Translations under genes and position numbers: made by a program
Shown: positions 23,831 through 35,638 of the stretch, piece by piece
How the letters are laid out: the number at the start of each line of letters is the position of its first letter
Numbering within the stretch: the stretch's first letter is position 1
DNA from: Lytechinus pictus
Taxonomy: Eukaryota
Assembly (NCBI RefSeq): GCF_037042905.1
Contig: NC_087251.1
Location: 496,001 to 560,000 of the forward strand
DNA: 64,000 nucleotides
Direction: 5' to 3'
Notes under the pieces: generated by a model
Database searches by the model: none
Told to the model about the DNA's origin: nothing
What the model saw: the letters and a program-made list of their open reading frames with translations, nothing else

Positions 23831-26262
23831 GCGCTGACTCGCCGTAGATGGGGTAGTATCAGCAGTGTGGCAGTCCATGAGAATGGGAATATACAGAAAA
23901 GAAATTGTTGCAGCATCGTTACCATCTTGTGTTCAGCCTACGTTATAAACAGGAGGTAATTCTGGTCAGCCTACGAGTGAAGAATCCGATACGCACCAAA
24001 TGCGTAGAAGAAATCATAGAGAAAGCAAGGAAAACCCTTCTTTGGATCTGTGTTATCAACAACCAAATCAAGGAGTTGTCCAGCTATTGTAGGAAAATTC
24101 AAGAGGATCTTTCCACTTGATATCTGAAGAGATTTATAGGAAAACAGTTCATTTGTCGACCGCTCACAAGAATATGAATTTATTCGCTCCAAAGAGAGAC
24201 AGAAGTCTAAACTTCAGCGTTTGATTGATCGACATCATCGTCAAAATAAGGAGGATATTGATCTGACTGGATCACAACTCAAGAAATGGGTCATCAATGT
24301 GTCTTAACACAAACTCTTCAGCAGCAACATCTATACTTGCCAAGGGCTTGAATTTCGCGGCTGTCCCTAAGATCCCTGTCGAGGAGTTTATTGTTGCAAC
24401 AGAGCGGGAGAGTAAGGGAGTTAATAATCAACAAGCCAGCCTCTTACGGAATGTTGTAGGCATTCTGAAAAATTACAAACCCCCTCAGTCGAACATTAAC
24501 GAGAGGCAAGCTTTGAAGGATTTGACCAACAACAAGGACATCATTATACTACCTGCCGATAAGCGGAGAGCCACTGTACTTTTGGGCACGGAGGACTACA
24601 AATCGAAGGTTAGTGCATTACTCAGTGATAAAAAAACATGAAAAACTTTCATCGGACGCAACTTCCAAGTACAAAAGGATATTGGTGTCTATTCTGAAAT
24701 TGTTGCTGGACGAGGAGAAGATTTCAGAGGCAATATGAATATCTCCATCCCACGGAGGAAAATATTCCCTGCTTGTATTGCACTCCCAAGACGCATAAGG
24801 AAGGATATCCTCTTCGTCCTGTTGTGGATTGCATTGGATCAATTTGCTATAACACCTCCAGAGCTCTTGTGGACATTTAAGCCCCGTTAGTGAGTAAGTC
24901 AGACCATCATGACCAAAATTATAAGGAGTTTGCAGAGGAAATCACTAATGTGACTTTGGATAAGGACAAACTATTTGTCTCTTCGATGAGTTTGTTCACT
25001 AACACTCTTATCGATCAGTCTTTGAATACTTAGGAGACAGTCTTTCTAATGACAACACACTGAAAGGACGGACTAAGTTGTCTGTTGACAATATTGTTGA
25101 GCTCTTAGGATTTGTCCTCACTACTACATTCTTCAAATTCGATGGAGGCATATATCGTCAGTTTGAAGCAGCTATGGGCAGTCCAGTCTCTCCTATTGTG
25201 GCCAACCTATTTATGGAGAACTTGGAAAACAACATTCTTTCTACTGCACCTTCTGCCATCAAACCTAGATTTTGAAGACGATATGTTGATGACGTTCTGG
25301 CCATTGTGAAAGAAGGGTGTGTGGATCAAGTCAAGGACCAACAGGAAGCATCAGATTCACACATGAATTGGAGGAGAGAACTCGATCCCTTTTCTGGACA
25401 CCAGAATAACGATAAGAGAAGATGGAAGTGTGAATGAAGTTTTTGGTGTTCAGGAAGAAAGCACATACCAGCCAATATCTGCACTTCACTTCCCATCAAC
25501 CCCTCCATCAGAAACTTGGCGTCTACCGCACTCTTCTTGACAGGGCAAATAGCTTCATCTCAGAACCAGATGATGTTAAGACTGAAGAAGACTTCATCAA
25601 AAATAGTCTGAAGAAATGTGCCTATCCAGACTCGTCTTTTCAGAAGACAGAACGGATGAAGCCAGTTGCCGGGACACAAAATAAGCCAGATCGTAGTGGA
25701 AATGCCAGGAAGAAAACGACGGTCACTATTCTTTATATTAAGGGTACATCTGAAACCATACAAAGGACCTTCCACAGGTGAAATATATCCACCACTATGC
25801 GTCCTCTCGCTAAACTCAGGACATTCTTAATCTATCCAAAGGACAAAGATCAGCTGAGGACTCAACAGGGGTAGTGTACCAAATTCCTTGCCAAGATTGC
25901 AACGACGTGTATATCAGAGAAACTTCAAGGAAGTTTGGAGTAAGGAAGTCTGAAATCAAACAAGCAGAGACTCTGAGCAAAACCCACTTCACAAGATCAA
26001 GGAAGAAGGAGGCCGAGTCAACCGTTTCAAAGTCAGCTTTCAGTGACCACGTAGCCGAAAGGGACCACACTATAAACTGGAATAAGAGCTAATTCCTAGC
26101 TAGAGATGACAATAAATAAACAAGATGGATCAGGGAGGCCATTCACACCAGGCACATTCCATAAACCGAGACGCTGGACAATATAAACTTTCTTCTACGT
26201 ATATTCCCATTCTCATGGACTGCCGCGCTGCCGAAACTACCCCATCTATGGCGAGTCAGCGC

Positions 26263-26305
26263 TAGTCTGAAGAAGTCTGCAGAATGACTATGCGAAAGCT
26301 CACAA
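26263..26305 (+). ncRNA. Minimal hammerhead ribozyme motif in Penelope 3' pLTR (degenerate)
   Basis: CTGAAGA - stem II region - GAAA - GC - TC, i.e. CUGANGA/GAAA/UH boxes with the palindromic AGCT stub typical of PLE minimal hammerheads; stems partly mutated. Confidence 0.65.
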
Positions 26306-26512
26306 GGTAAAAACAAAATTGATTGTGGAAAGATGAAAATGTGTTCTAACCAACATGGTGAGTTTGATAATTCTAATCTAAATAATGTAAGGAAACAATT
26401 TGACATCGATCTCCAAATTGCACTGATCTATTAAAATGGATCATGAATATTTTTAATACTACCGTTTAGGACACTATATTGACAATTAGGTGAGATAAAA
26501 CTATCTACTCAC

Positions 26513-26678
26513 TTTGCAGTGACTTCTTCCTTTTCCCGACGTTGTTCTTGCCGATGAAGATCTCGAAGTTCCCTGCGAGTCGTATTCCACGTATCATAGC
26601 TGTCCTCAATGACTTCACGCATAGTCACATACGTCAGTAGCTGATTGGTCAGAGCTGTTAGAACCTTCAATTTACCTT
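26513..26678 (-). CDS. BAZ1A: BAZ1A exon 13 (WHIM1)
   Basis: (E)GKLKVLTALTNQLLTYVTMREVIEDSYDTWNTTRRELRDLHRQEQRREKEEVTA; cag acceptor, AA|gtgagt donor; 166 nt. Confidence 0.92.
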
Positions 26679-26868
26679 CTGCATCAGGAGAAGACACGTA
26701 TGGAATTCATAATTATTTAATCTATGTCAGACAGAATTTTCAGATTTCTCAATGTTATCCCAACTTAAAAATGAAATCATTAAAACTGTATGATATTTGT
26801 GATGGAAGTTATATTTTTAGGAAAGATTTTTTTTCATTTGTTTCCACTTAATCAAATTTATATTTCTA

Positions 26869-27809
26869 CAGTCTGACCTCTCCTTTTCTGACAAGTTGGG
26901 ACCAGCACCAATTCGGATAAAGGATTTATCCGGATCTGGGAGACCCTAATAGAAGCAGCTGCGCCTCCCCAATGGTAGCAACACATAATCTACTGTAGTG
27001 CGTGTACGCATACAGTATTCACTGCAGTATCAGCGTAAATTATAGCCGTTTTTTTTTACGGAAATGAAATCGATTGGTAGCCAAAACTCTTGGATGATTT
27101 ACCTGCTGAAATGATTGAGGAGTACATCGCGTATACAGAGATGCCAACCTAAATGGATGGTTGTCAGGAACAAATGGGAGTTTCTCAGGAACATCCCGCG
27201 AAGTAGCATCGTTTATACGCTCAACCACCCAATCGCCATTGACATTGTGCATGCATGAACCGCGGCTTGCACTCCGCACTTCGCTGTGTATTCAGCAGCA
27301 GCGGGCGGAGGCGCTTGCAATAGAAATCTCAGTAGAGAAACTCCCGTTGGTTTACCGTTGGCCACACACGCTGCATGCACGATACATGTATACACAATAC
27401 ACGCATATACATGCACAATACACAATACACGCATATATACACATGCACAGCAAAGCAATACACAATACACATGTATTGTAGTTTTTTTTTCCGTAACCTT
27501 TTTATTGTTGCCGTAACACCGTAATTGGAGGAATAAAATCGGAACAAATACGGCGAATCCGTAACGGTTGGCATCTCTGCGCATACCTCGAAAGAAAGAG
27601 AATGACCCGATGAAACTAAGTTTGAAAATTAGATCAACGCGGCGGGCATCGCAGCTTCACAAAGTCAGCCACTGTTAGACTGTAGGCTCAAACATAATAG
27701 ATGGAAATATTTCCCCACGTACTAGATTGAAAAAAAAATCCCAGCAAGTGTGCGTCCGGATAATACAGAGATCCGCATAAGGGGAGGCCGGACACGAGAG
27801 TTCAGACTG
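26869..27809. mobile_element. Tc1/mariner-pogo-like MITE with nested insertion
   Basis: TA|CAGTCTGACCTCTC ... GAGAGTTCAGACTG|TA; subterminal CGGATAA motifs at both ends. Confidence 0.7.
27136..27579. mobile_element. hAT-like MITE nested in the previous element
   Basis: Perfect 14-bp TIR CAGAGATGCCAACC / GGTTGGCATCTCTG; 8-bp flanks match only 5/8 (CGCGTATA vs CGCATACC); a lone similar end occurs near 47974. Confidence 0.65.
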
Positions 27810-28182
27810 TACTTCAAAATTTGAAGAAAGGATCAAGGCTACATTTGATGTGCTCTTAAAAAAGAATCCTCATTTAACTTTTTAACATTTTCTGATACAG
27901 TTGCTTAATCAAATTAGGTCAAGTAGTAACAGCATTCTTTTTTTACATCACGGTGAGTATGATGTATGTCAATTATGCAATTAACATTTGCTTTGCACGA
28001 ATGTGTAGGCGAGATGGGTGCTGTTGTCCACAGATGTTGTTTGTTCAACATGAACAGACGTGTCGTTGAAGCGGGCAAACTTATTTTGGTTCCAGAGATC
28101 ATTTTGGTTAGCCCTGCTGAACTGTCTAGGAGATAAGGACTTCAACCCATTGAAGGGTATACATGATGCATGCATGAGGACT

Positions 28183-28866
28183 AGAGTGGCCTGTAGCAGT
28201 GACTGGTAGTGAGTGTATAAGCCTAGACCAGTGTGGCTGTTTACTAGTAGCAGTGACTGGTAGTGAGTGTATAAGCCTAGACCAGAGTGGCTGTTTACTA
28301 GTAGCAGTGACTGGTTGTGTGTGTATAAACCTAGACCAGAGTGGCTGTTAAACCAGTAGCAGTGACTGGTAGTGTGTGTATAAACCTAGACCAGAGTGGC
28401 TGTTTACTAGTAGCAGTGACTGGTAGTGTGTGTATAAGCCTAGACCAGAGTGGCTGTTAACTAGTAGCAGTGACTGGTAGTGTGTGTATAAGCCTAGACC
28501 AGAGTGGCTGTTTACTAGTAGCAGTGATGTATAAGCCTAGACCAGAGTGGCTGTTTACCAGTAGCAGTGACTGGTAGTGAGTGTATAAACCTATACCAGA
28601 GTGGCTCTTTACTAGTAGTAGTGACTGGTAGTGAGTGTATAAACCTAGACCAGAGTGGCTGTTTACTAGAAGCAGTGACTGGTGGTGAGTGTATAAACGT
28701 AGACCAGAGTGGCTGTTTACCAGTAGCAGTGACTGGTAGTGAGTGTATAAACCTAGACCAGAGTGGCTGTTTACCAGTAGCAGTGACTGGTAGTGAGTGT
28801 ATAAACCTAGACCAGAGTGGCTGTTTGCCAGAAGCAGTGACTGGTAGTGAGTCTATAATCCTAGAG
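28183..28866. repeat. Minisatellite, 54-bp unit, about 12-13 copies
   Basis: GTAGCAGTGACTGGTAGTGAGTGTATAAGCCTAGACCAGAGTGGCTGTTTACTA tandem. Confidence 0.95.
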
Positions 28867-29586
28867 TTAAAGGCTGTGGAGTTTGCAGACTGGATGATGT
28901 AGCTTGTTTAGCGGTTGTTTGACCTTAGATGGTTTTGTATCTGTTTATGTATGTTCCACCACTGACAGTTGAGGTGATGACACAATAAACTTCATTGACA
29001 TTATATCTGCTGTCTGTGTTCGTCAAAGATCTCCAGTCCCTTATACGGTCCAACCCCAACCCATAAAATTTGCATTTCCAGCATTTTGTTGTGAAAAAAA
29101 AAAAGCCATTCAATCAAAAGAAATAGCCCCAAAAGTCCAGCAATCACCCCGAAGTGAATAAGAAAAATAGCCCTTGAAAAACATATAAGCTTTCCTTCCC
29201 TGCTAAGACAAATCCTGGTGTTTCATTTTATTCATATAAGGAAGTTATGTGGAGGTATTAAATAAGAAATGATTTATGGTATTTAAGAGAAATTCAGATT
29301 GTGGGAAAAGTAAACATTTGTTTGTAGTCCCACAAATTGATACATGTGTGCGATGCATGTGATTCTCAGTAGCTTATCATTTTGGAAATTTTGGTAATTC
29401 CAAAACATCACAACATACATTGATTCACAGGCACAACACTGTAAACATTTCCAAATCTGTGACTAACAATTTGATACTACAGCCAGAACTTCAAGTCATG
29501 TAATGCCATGCTGATGAAGAAAACATTAATTTATATACATGTAATTGCAGATTTAAAGAACAATCTTTCCTGATTGGTTTACCGAC

Positions 29587-29814
29587 CTGAACTGAGATCA
29601 TAAATGTTTCCTTTAGTGAGGGTCTTGAGGATTGCGGACTCCTGCATACGGAACTCCAAACCAGCATCATCATGAAACGTATAGCCACCTCTCTGCTGGT
29701 AACGCCATTTAGAATCCTCATATCCTGTAGTGTTTGCTCCAGATGATAGGAAGTGAAGCCGTACAATCTCTGTCAGAGTTGGAGGATCTATAGAGAGCTT
29801 CCTCAGCTCCGTAC
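29587..29814 (-). CDS. BAZ1A: BAZ1A exon 12
   Basis: (G)TELRKLSIDPPTLTEIVRLHFLSSGA...KWRYQQRGGYTFHDDAGLEFRMQE...IYDLSS, containing the conserved RYQxRGG..DD block; G|gtcggt donor required by phase; 228 nt. Confidence 0.92.
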
Positions 29815-30530
29815 CTGACAACAAGAACAGTGGTAATAAGATTCAGCCAGCATATCCATACTTTTGTAACTGCTATACAAGTTGTAGCAATAAAATTATT
29901 GTATGAATTCAAAACAATTTATGTAAGAAAAAACAAAGAAATGAAATGGAAATATCACCATTACCATCCTGTCTTTTCTTTTGTCCATAGCAGTAAATGA
30001 AATAAGTAGCAAACGTTTTGACAACTTGATGTGTTTTACAATGATTTTTACAAATATAGGTGTTGTTGCATATTTCAATCATGCAAAAATATCTGTAAGA
30101 AATTATTGATACTCATGCATATTTCATTTTACCATATATATTGTTTTGTAGTTGTTGTTGAGGGGTTGATCGATATTCTAGAATCTCTCTGAATTCAATA
30201 TTAGGCAGCTTTAGATTTGCAACACAACTTCTGTGACACGCATATTTGAGACATTGTTGTGCACTTACGAATAACACTACATCCCTACCTTGCCTATGCT
30301 CATAACTGCATTTTTTGCAAAACAAGATTACAGAAGTTGCATTGTAAACTTAAATCTCCTTCACAGCAGAGAATAGAGGGAGATAGAGAATTATTCAGAA
30401 CTCAGTCAAGCCATGCAACAACTATCAGTTTGACATTATTTTTATGTGCAGTGCTCAATCCACTCCTTCAAGTTGACTAAACCCACTTCAACAACAACAG
30501 TTTTGACAATGCATTGAATTGCCCTCTCAC

Positions 30531-30632
30531 CTTGATGAACTACTGGCCATGCAAGAGCTGCTGTAGCTGCTTTACTCATAGCTCCATAGGTCGGGTCAGG
30601 ATCTTCTTCTAACTTAGCTTCACATATATTCA
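30531..30632 (-). CDS. BAZ1A: BAZ1A exon 11
   Basis: NICEAKLEEDPDPTYGAMSKAATAALAWPVVHQ; cag acceptor, G|gtgaga donor; 102 nt. Confidence 0.88.
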
Positions 30633-30644
30633 CTGTAAATAATA

Positions 30645-30765
30645 GTATGTTGAATATAATAAGTTTGTTTGGTGTTAGAGGTGATGCATTCAGGTGGTTC
30701 AAATCATATGTATCATTTCATTCACAGATTGTGTGCATAAACGGTTGTAAATCCCAAAATCATGC
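30645..30765 (+). mobile_element. Short LINE RT relic
   Basis: Translates FGVRGDAFRWFKSYVSFHSQIVCINGCKS, homologous to [29 protein letters not shown] in the intact LINE. Confidence 0.7.
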
Positions 30766-31729
30766 TTTCGGAGGCGACATAAAATCTGAATGTCGCCCCG
30801 AAATTATTGACGAGTGATAACAACTCAACGGCTTACTAGCGCCATATGCTCGAGCTCCGCTTACCATTTAAAAATCATCCAAAATCCACACTCAAAATCA
30901 TGAATAAGCCTTGAAAATAGCAAGCAGCGCAGTTTCAAATTCCGAAGTTGTGTCTTTTTTTCTGTACCACGTATTTCCATACACATGGTAACAGGTATGG
31001 GAAAAAAAAAATCAATGCAACGGTCGGAAAACAGTTGCATGTATAGGGGTCCATTATGACTACCACCATGTGCAATTTTGAATGCACATGTTTCCCCTAC
31101 AGATATCACAATTCTGTGATAAAATAATTCGAATTACACAGGAAATAAATCCCAGAGTCTAGTAACCTAGCATTGTCATTCGGCTTTGCTTTTCAAAACG
31201 GCCTATTAACATCCAAAATAAGTTACCCGGTATCTTATTTATTAATTATAACTAAAAAATCATTTGTTTTCTTTTTTTAGGTGATGAGGTAAATATCAGA
31301 AAATAAATCATCAAAAAGAACTCCATCTATTTTACAAGGCCGGCGGCAGGCTCACGCACGAACGCATTGGCGCATGTACTAGCTAGCCAGTCTGAGCTCT
31401 GTCTCTCTGCCAGAGCTCTGGGGTACAATTCGCTCAGTAAAGGCCTCAATGATGGTGATTTTCTGTTTCAGACAGAGTTTACATTTCAGGTATATTATTC
31501 AAAACTGCCAATAAAGTTTGATGATTTCTTCATTGTCATGTATATTTAAGTTCTTAATGAATACATTCTCACCGAATTTAGACTCCCCCATAGAGAAATG
31601 CAATTTTCATGGAGATATGCGTTTTCAAAGAACTTCAGGAAAAGTTAGGGTATGTGGGCCTTTATTACATGTACATGGCCGAGTACAGGGTATTGTACTG
31701 GAATAGACGGAGTAGAAATTAGATATTAA

Positions 31730-32327
31730 AGGTCAAGTCCACCTCAGAAAAATGTTGATTTGAATCAATAGAGAAAAATCAGACGAGCACAATGCTGAAA
31801 ATTTCATCAAAATCGGGTGTAAAATAAGAAAGTTATGACATTTCAAAGTTTCGCTTATTTTTAACAAAATAGTTATATGAAAGAGCCAGTTACATCCAAA
31901 TGAGAGAGTCGATGATGTCACTCACTCACTATTTCTTTTGTTTTTTATTGTTTGAATTATACAATATTTCAATTTTTACGAATTTGATGATTAGGACCTC
32001 CTTGCCTGAAGCACAAAATGTTAATATAATGGAATTCCACGTGTTCAGGGAGGAATGAAACTTCATTTCACATGACAATGACGAGAAAATCAAAATATTT
32101 CATATTTCATATAATAAATACAAAAGAAATAGTGAGTGATGTCATCAGTTCCCTCATTTGCATACCGACCGAGATGTGCATATAACTGTTTTGTGAAATG
32201 AAGCGAAACTTTAAAATGTCATAACTTTCTTAGTTTACATCCGATTTTGATGAAATTTTCAGTGTTATGCTTGTTGAATTTTTCTCTTTTTATTCAAATC
32301 AAGTTTTTGTTGGGGTGGACTTGTCCT
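31730..32327. mobile_element. Kolobok-like TTAA MITE
   Basis: TTAA|AGGTCAAGTCCACC...GGTGGACTTGTCCT|TTAA; long imperfect internal inverted arms. Confidence 0.85.
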
Positions 32328-33289
32328 TTAAATTCATTTATATCCAAGTCCAACTCAGTCACACACACACGCACAGTGCCACACACACCCACATCTAAGA
32401 TTCTAAGCATGAAAAATAACTTTAAAAATCATACAATATTAAACAAAAAGTAATAATTCATTAATAAGTGAACAGGTATTCCTCAAAATACAAAAAGTAG
32501 CATTTAAAAAGAGCTCACGAAATGCAAAAATTAGCCCCCGAAATTTGACAAAAAAATTAAAATGGAGCCCCCGAAAAAAAAAAAGATGTCAGTGACTTTT
32601 AAACAAAGTCAAAATCTCACTCAGACAGGTTTTATAACACACAATCTAATTACAATACATTGTAAAACAATTATAAATATTGCATATTCGATTGTTTCCT
32701 TCCTTTGGTTGTTGATTGTAACTTAGTACATATATTTCCTCCATCCGTTTTGTTAATTGGACAAAAAGCTCCCCTTGTATGTTGAAGAAGAGCTTTTTGC
32801 AGTGCTCCTTTACCGCTCTCCTTAAAAGTTCTAGGAGAGCTTTTTATTGCTCCCCTCATAATTATAAAACTGAGTCCCTGTGTTATGATTGTAGAAATTT
32901 CAGTGAATGATCCATTCACAACCAGTTAGTGATAGCCAAACATCCATGATGTGATCACTGTTATAAATGTTATCACATTTAATGCTGTAATGTCCCTCTC
33001 ATGGAACAAAAGATAATGCACAAAAAAAACGGTGCCAGTGTCACCTGGTTCTGCGCCTCAAGTGACTTGTGTAACACATGTGTCACATGTTTCTCAAATC
33101 ATACCTCGAATTACCAGAGTAAATTGCACACTGGACGGAAGCAACATCACGATAGTGCTTCTAACCAATGTCTGTATTCACCCCTTCTCCCTTACTAAGA
33201 GATTCATATCAGGGTTGTTGTGCCACAGCCAGGGTTTAGTATGCAGCACTTATGAGCATTGTATTAAGCACTATACAAAAAATGTTGCA

Positions 33290-33420
33290 TATTGTTATCA
33301 ATATTATTATCATCATCATTATCATCATCATCACCATTCACCACCACCATCACCATTATCATCATCATCACCATCATCCTTACCATTATCATCATCATAA
33401 TCATCATCTTCATGGTGATG
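33290..33420. repeat. Imperfect (CAT/CAC)n microsatellite
   Basis: Direct reading of the sequence. Confidence 0.9.
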
Positions 33421-33437
33421 GTAGTGGTGGTAATGGT

Positions 33438-33982
33438 CAGGGTTGGGCTCATTTACAAGGTAATTGATCAATAACGTAATTAATTACATATTTTTGAGTA
33501 ATAAAATTGTAATTATATTTGACATTTTGAAAGGGAAATTGTAATTGAAAAAATTGTAATTGACTTCAATTACTTTTAATCAAATTCAATTACTTTACAA
33601 TAAACTTACTAAATTTTCTGATTTAATTTCATGACCTTTTTCATGTCAACTGCTTCTGCATCAAAGCGTGTAATAGGCAAAATCCGTGCTCTTTTATTTT
33701 AATAGTTTATTAAAACATAAACCTTCATCTTGTCAGTTTCTCTGTAATTTGCATGTAGAATTATGTTGAAATAGGTGGTGCTAGTACATACAGATATATA
33801 GAATACAAATTTGATTTCATTTATGACTTTTAAAAAGTAATTGAAATTGTAATTGACAAAGTAATTGGTAATTGCAATTGAAAAATGTAACGTAATTGAA
33901 AAGTAATTGTAAATGAACATTTCTTCCATTACATAATTGTAATTGTAATTGTAATTGAAGAAAGTAATTGAGCCCAACCCTG
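33438..33982. mobile_element. hAT-type MITE
   Basis: TIR CAGGGTTGGGCTCA / TGAGCCCAACCCTG with exact 8-bp TSD GTAATGGT (33430-33437, 33983-33990); many subterminal GTAATT motifs. Confidence 0.9.
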
Positions 33983-34090
33983 GTAATGGTAATGATTTAT
34001 TAAAAATTAATTCGCAGCCAAAGGCTGAATTGCAGAATCTTTTAAAAAACAAGTACATCATCATCATCATCAATATTATTACATGCTTAC

Positions 34091-34243
34091 ACTTAGGTAC
34101 TTCCATCCCTTGCTCTTCTAAATCAGTCTTCCATTCCTCCTCGTCTTCTTCTTGAACTCTGAAGAGAGCTTTCAATAAGAACCTTGTTATTTCAAACATG
34201 GCACCGTCTACTTTGTTCGTTGTTATTGCTTCTGCAAAAAGCT
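34091..34243 (-). CDS. BAZ1A: BAZ1A exon 10 (DDT C-terminal half)
   Basis: (E)LFAEAITTNKVDGAMFEITRFLLKALFRVQEEDEEEWKTDLEEQGMEVPK; tag acceptor, T|gtaagc donor; 153 nt. Confidence 0.88.
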
Positions 34244-34730
34244 CTAAATATTGAAAAATAAATACAAAGTCAGGACATTTTACTCTTTGATATCTGGTGA
34301 ATTTGAAGTATATTTCTGAATCAAGAACAATTTATACATTAGGATTTTGACCTCTATTAAGGAATGATGCATGGCCAGCTGGTATAGGACTTGTTCAGTA
34401 TATGATAGCGGTTCATGGTGAATCCTGTTTGATTATAAGGGAATCATATAACTGGGTTTTGTGTCCTTTGCTTGCCATGTCCATGTTAGTTAGGAGACTG
34501 GAAATATTGGTTCAGCCATTTTTACCCTTTTTTTTAATCCTCATTATTGAGCTTGGGGAGGAAAATGCATCATAGTATCCTAGTTTTGCATTTAACATGC
34601 AGCTCACTCTCTAAAATCAAGTTCTTGAGGTCTCAACAAAATTGTACTTGGCATTTAAGTTTACAAGGTCAAAAGTCAAAATTGGTCAATAGAAATAATT
34701 TTAAGAGAAATGTTTTAGATGAGGCATTAC

Positions 34731-34869
34731 CTAATGAGACACCATCAGGGAAGTCTTCTTTGAGTCCTAACTCTTCTTCATATGCATGTAAGAATTCAAG
34801 TAGTAGTATACAGTCACCAAATAACTCCTGAGGAATCTTTCCTGATAGAGGAACAGGCTCTGGCAGATC
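34731..34869 (-). CDS. BAZ1A: BAZ1A exon 9 (DDT domain)
   Basis: DLPEPVPLSGKIPQELFGDCILLLEFLHAYEEELGLKEDFPDGVSL; cag acceptor, G|gtaatg donor; 139 nt. Confidence 0.93.
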
Positions 34870-34934
34870 CTGTACATTAGAGAACGACAAAAATATAGAG
34901 TTTATTGGAAAGGAGTGCCATTATTGGAATTAAT

Positions 34935-35638
34935 CAGGGGTGATATTCACTCATGAAAAAAAATAGACATACTTAAGTGAGGGGCAAAGCGACTAAGGGG
35001 GTGTCTCCCCCCCTCCCACAGTAGGACTTTTTGCATTTCGGGACTTTAAATTTCACAATTTTGTGCATATCTGGAGGGGAAATTTGGGCTTAAAACCGTT
35101 AAATTTCAATTTGTTAGTTATAATACACAAACTTTGGTTAGTTTTAACCACATGTATTGTGTATGTACAAAATAAGTACACTACATGTATCAATGAGAAA
35201 TTTTACCTGATACCTCTACTTTCACCTTAACCTGCTCATTATAGCTTCCTTATCACAGGTTCAACAGAGATTCACAGTATCCAATTCAGCAAATAATAAT
35301 CAAACTAGAAATTTGACGTGTCCAAAGGACACAGATGCCCCTGCTTAACGCGATAAGAAATTCACTCAATATGATTGAACTTAATATTGTGCAGAAACCA
35401 ATATGCATACATATAATGAACAAATTTAGACCTTTGAACCAACTCGCATATATAATGAGCTGTGACCTTTGACCTGCGGACTCCGAATTCGAACTTATCC
35501 TGTATTTTGGGGTCATCTACCTACACAAAAAATGTAAGATCCATTAAATATTTTTAGAGTTATTGTGCGGAAACCAACTCGCATATATAATGAGCTGTGA
35601 CCTTTGACCTGATTTAAATCGGAGGAATATCACCCCTG
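34935..35638. mobile_element. Degenerate TIR element containing a short HINE-like fragment (about 35302-35612)
   Basis: Perfect 14-bp inverted ends CAGGGGTGATATTC / GAATATCACCCCTG, no clear TSD; internal AACTAG...TGTGACCTTTGACCT units. Confidence 0.5.

Larger units (their letters stand above)
23728..26347 (+). mobile_element. Decayed Penelope-like retroelement (RT plus GIY-YIG) with inverted pseudo-LTR
   Basis: Fragments LAKGLNF, IIILPADK, AMGSPVSPIVANLFME, RYVDD, HTSQYLHFTSHQP..KLGV, GVVYQIPCQDCNDVYIRETSR; many stops and frameshifts. 23744-23894 is an inverted copy of 26199-26347. Flanked by AACCAACAWGGTGA direct repeats (23714-23727, 26348-26361). Confidence 0.92.

Noticed and set aside
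28567..28902. 111-aa repetitive ORF (AVTGSECINLDQSGCL)
   Set aside because: Artefact of a 54-bp unit; other units break the frame; no splice or start context
30770..31665. Probable additional decayed DNA transposon (ends GTGGGCCTTTA)
   Set aside because: Only one plausible end is visible; boundaries cannot be supported
33032..33474. His-, Ile- and Met-rich ORFs
   Set aside because: (CAT)n microsatellite translations
34370..34510. Possible tRNA-derived SINE head
   Set aside because: Only vague A/B-box resemblance; no cloverleaf or tail can be supported
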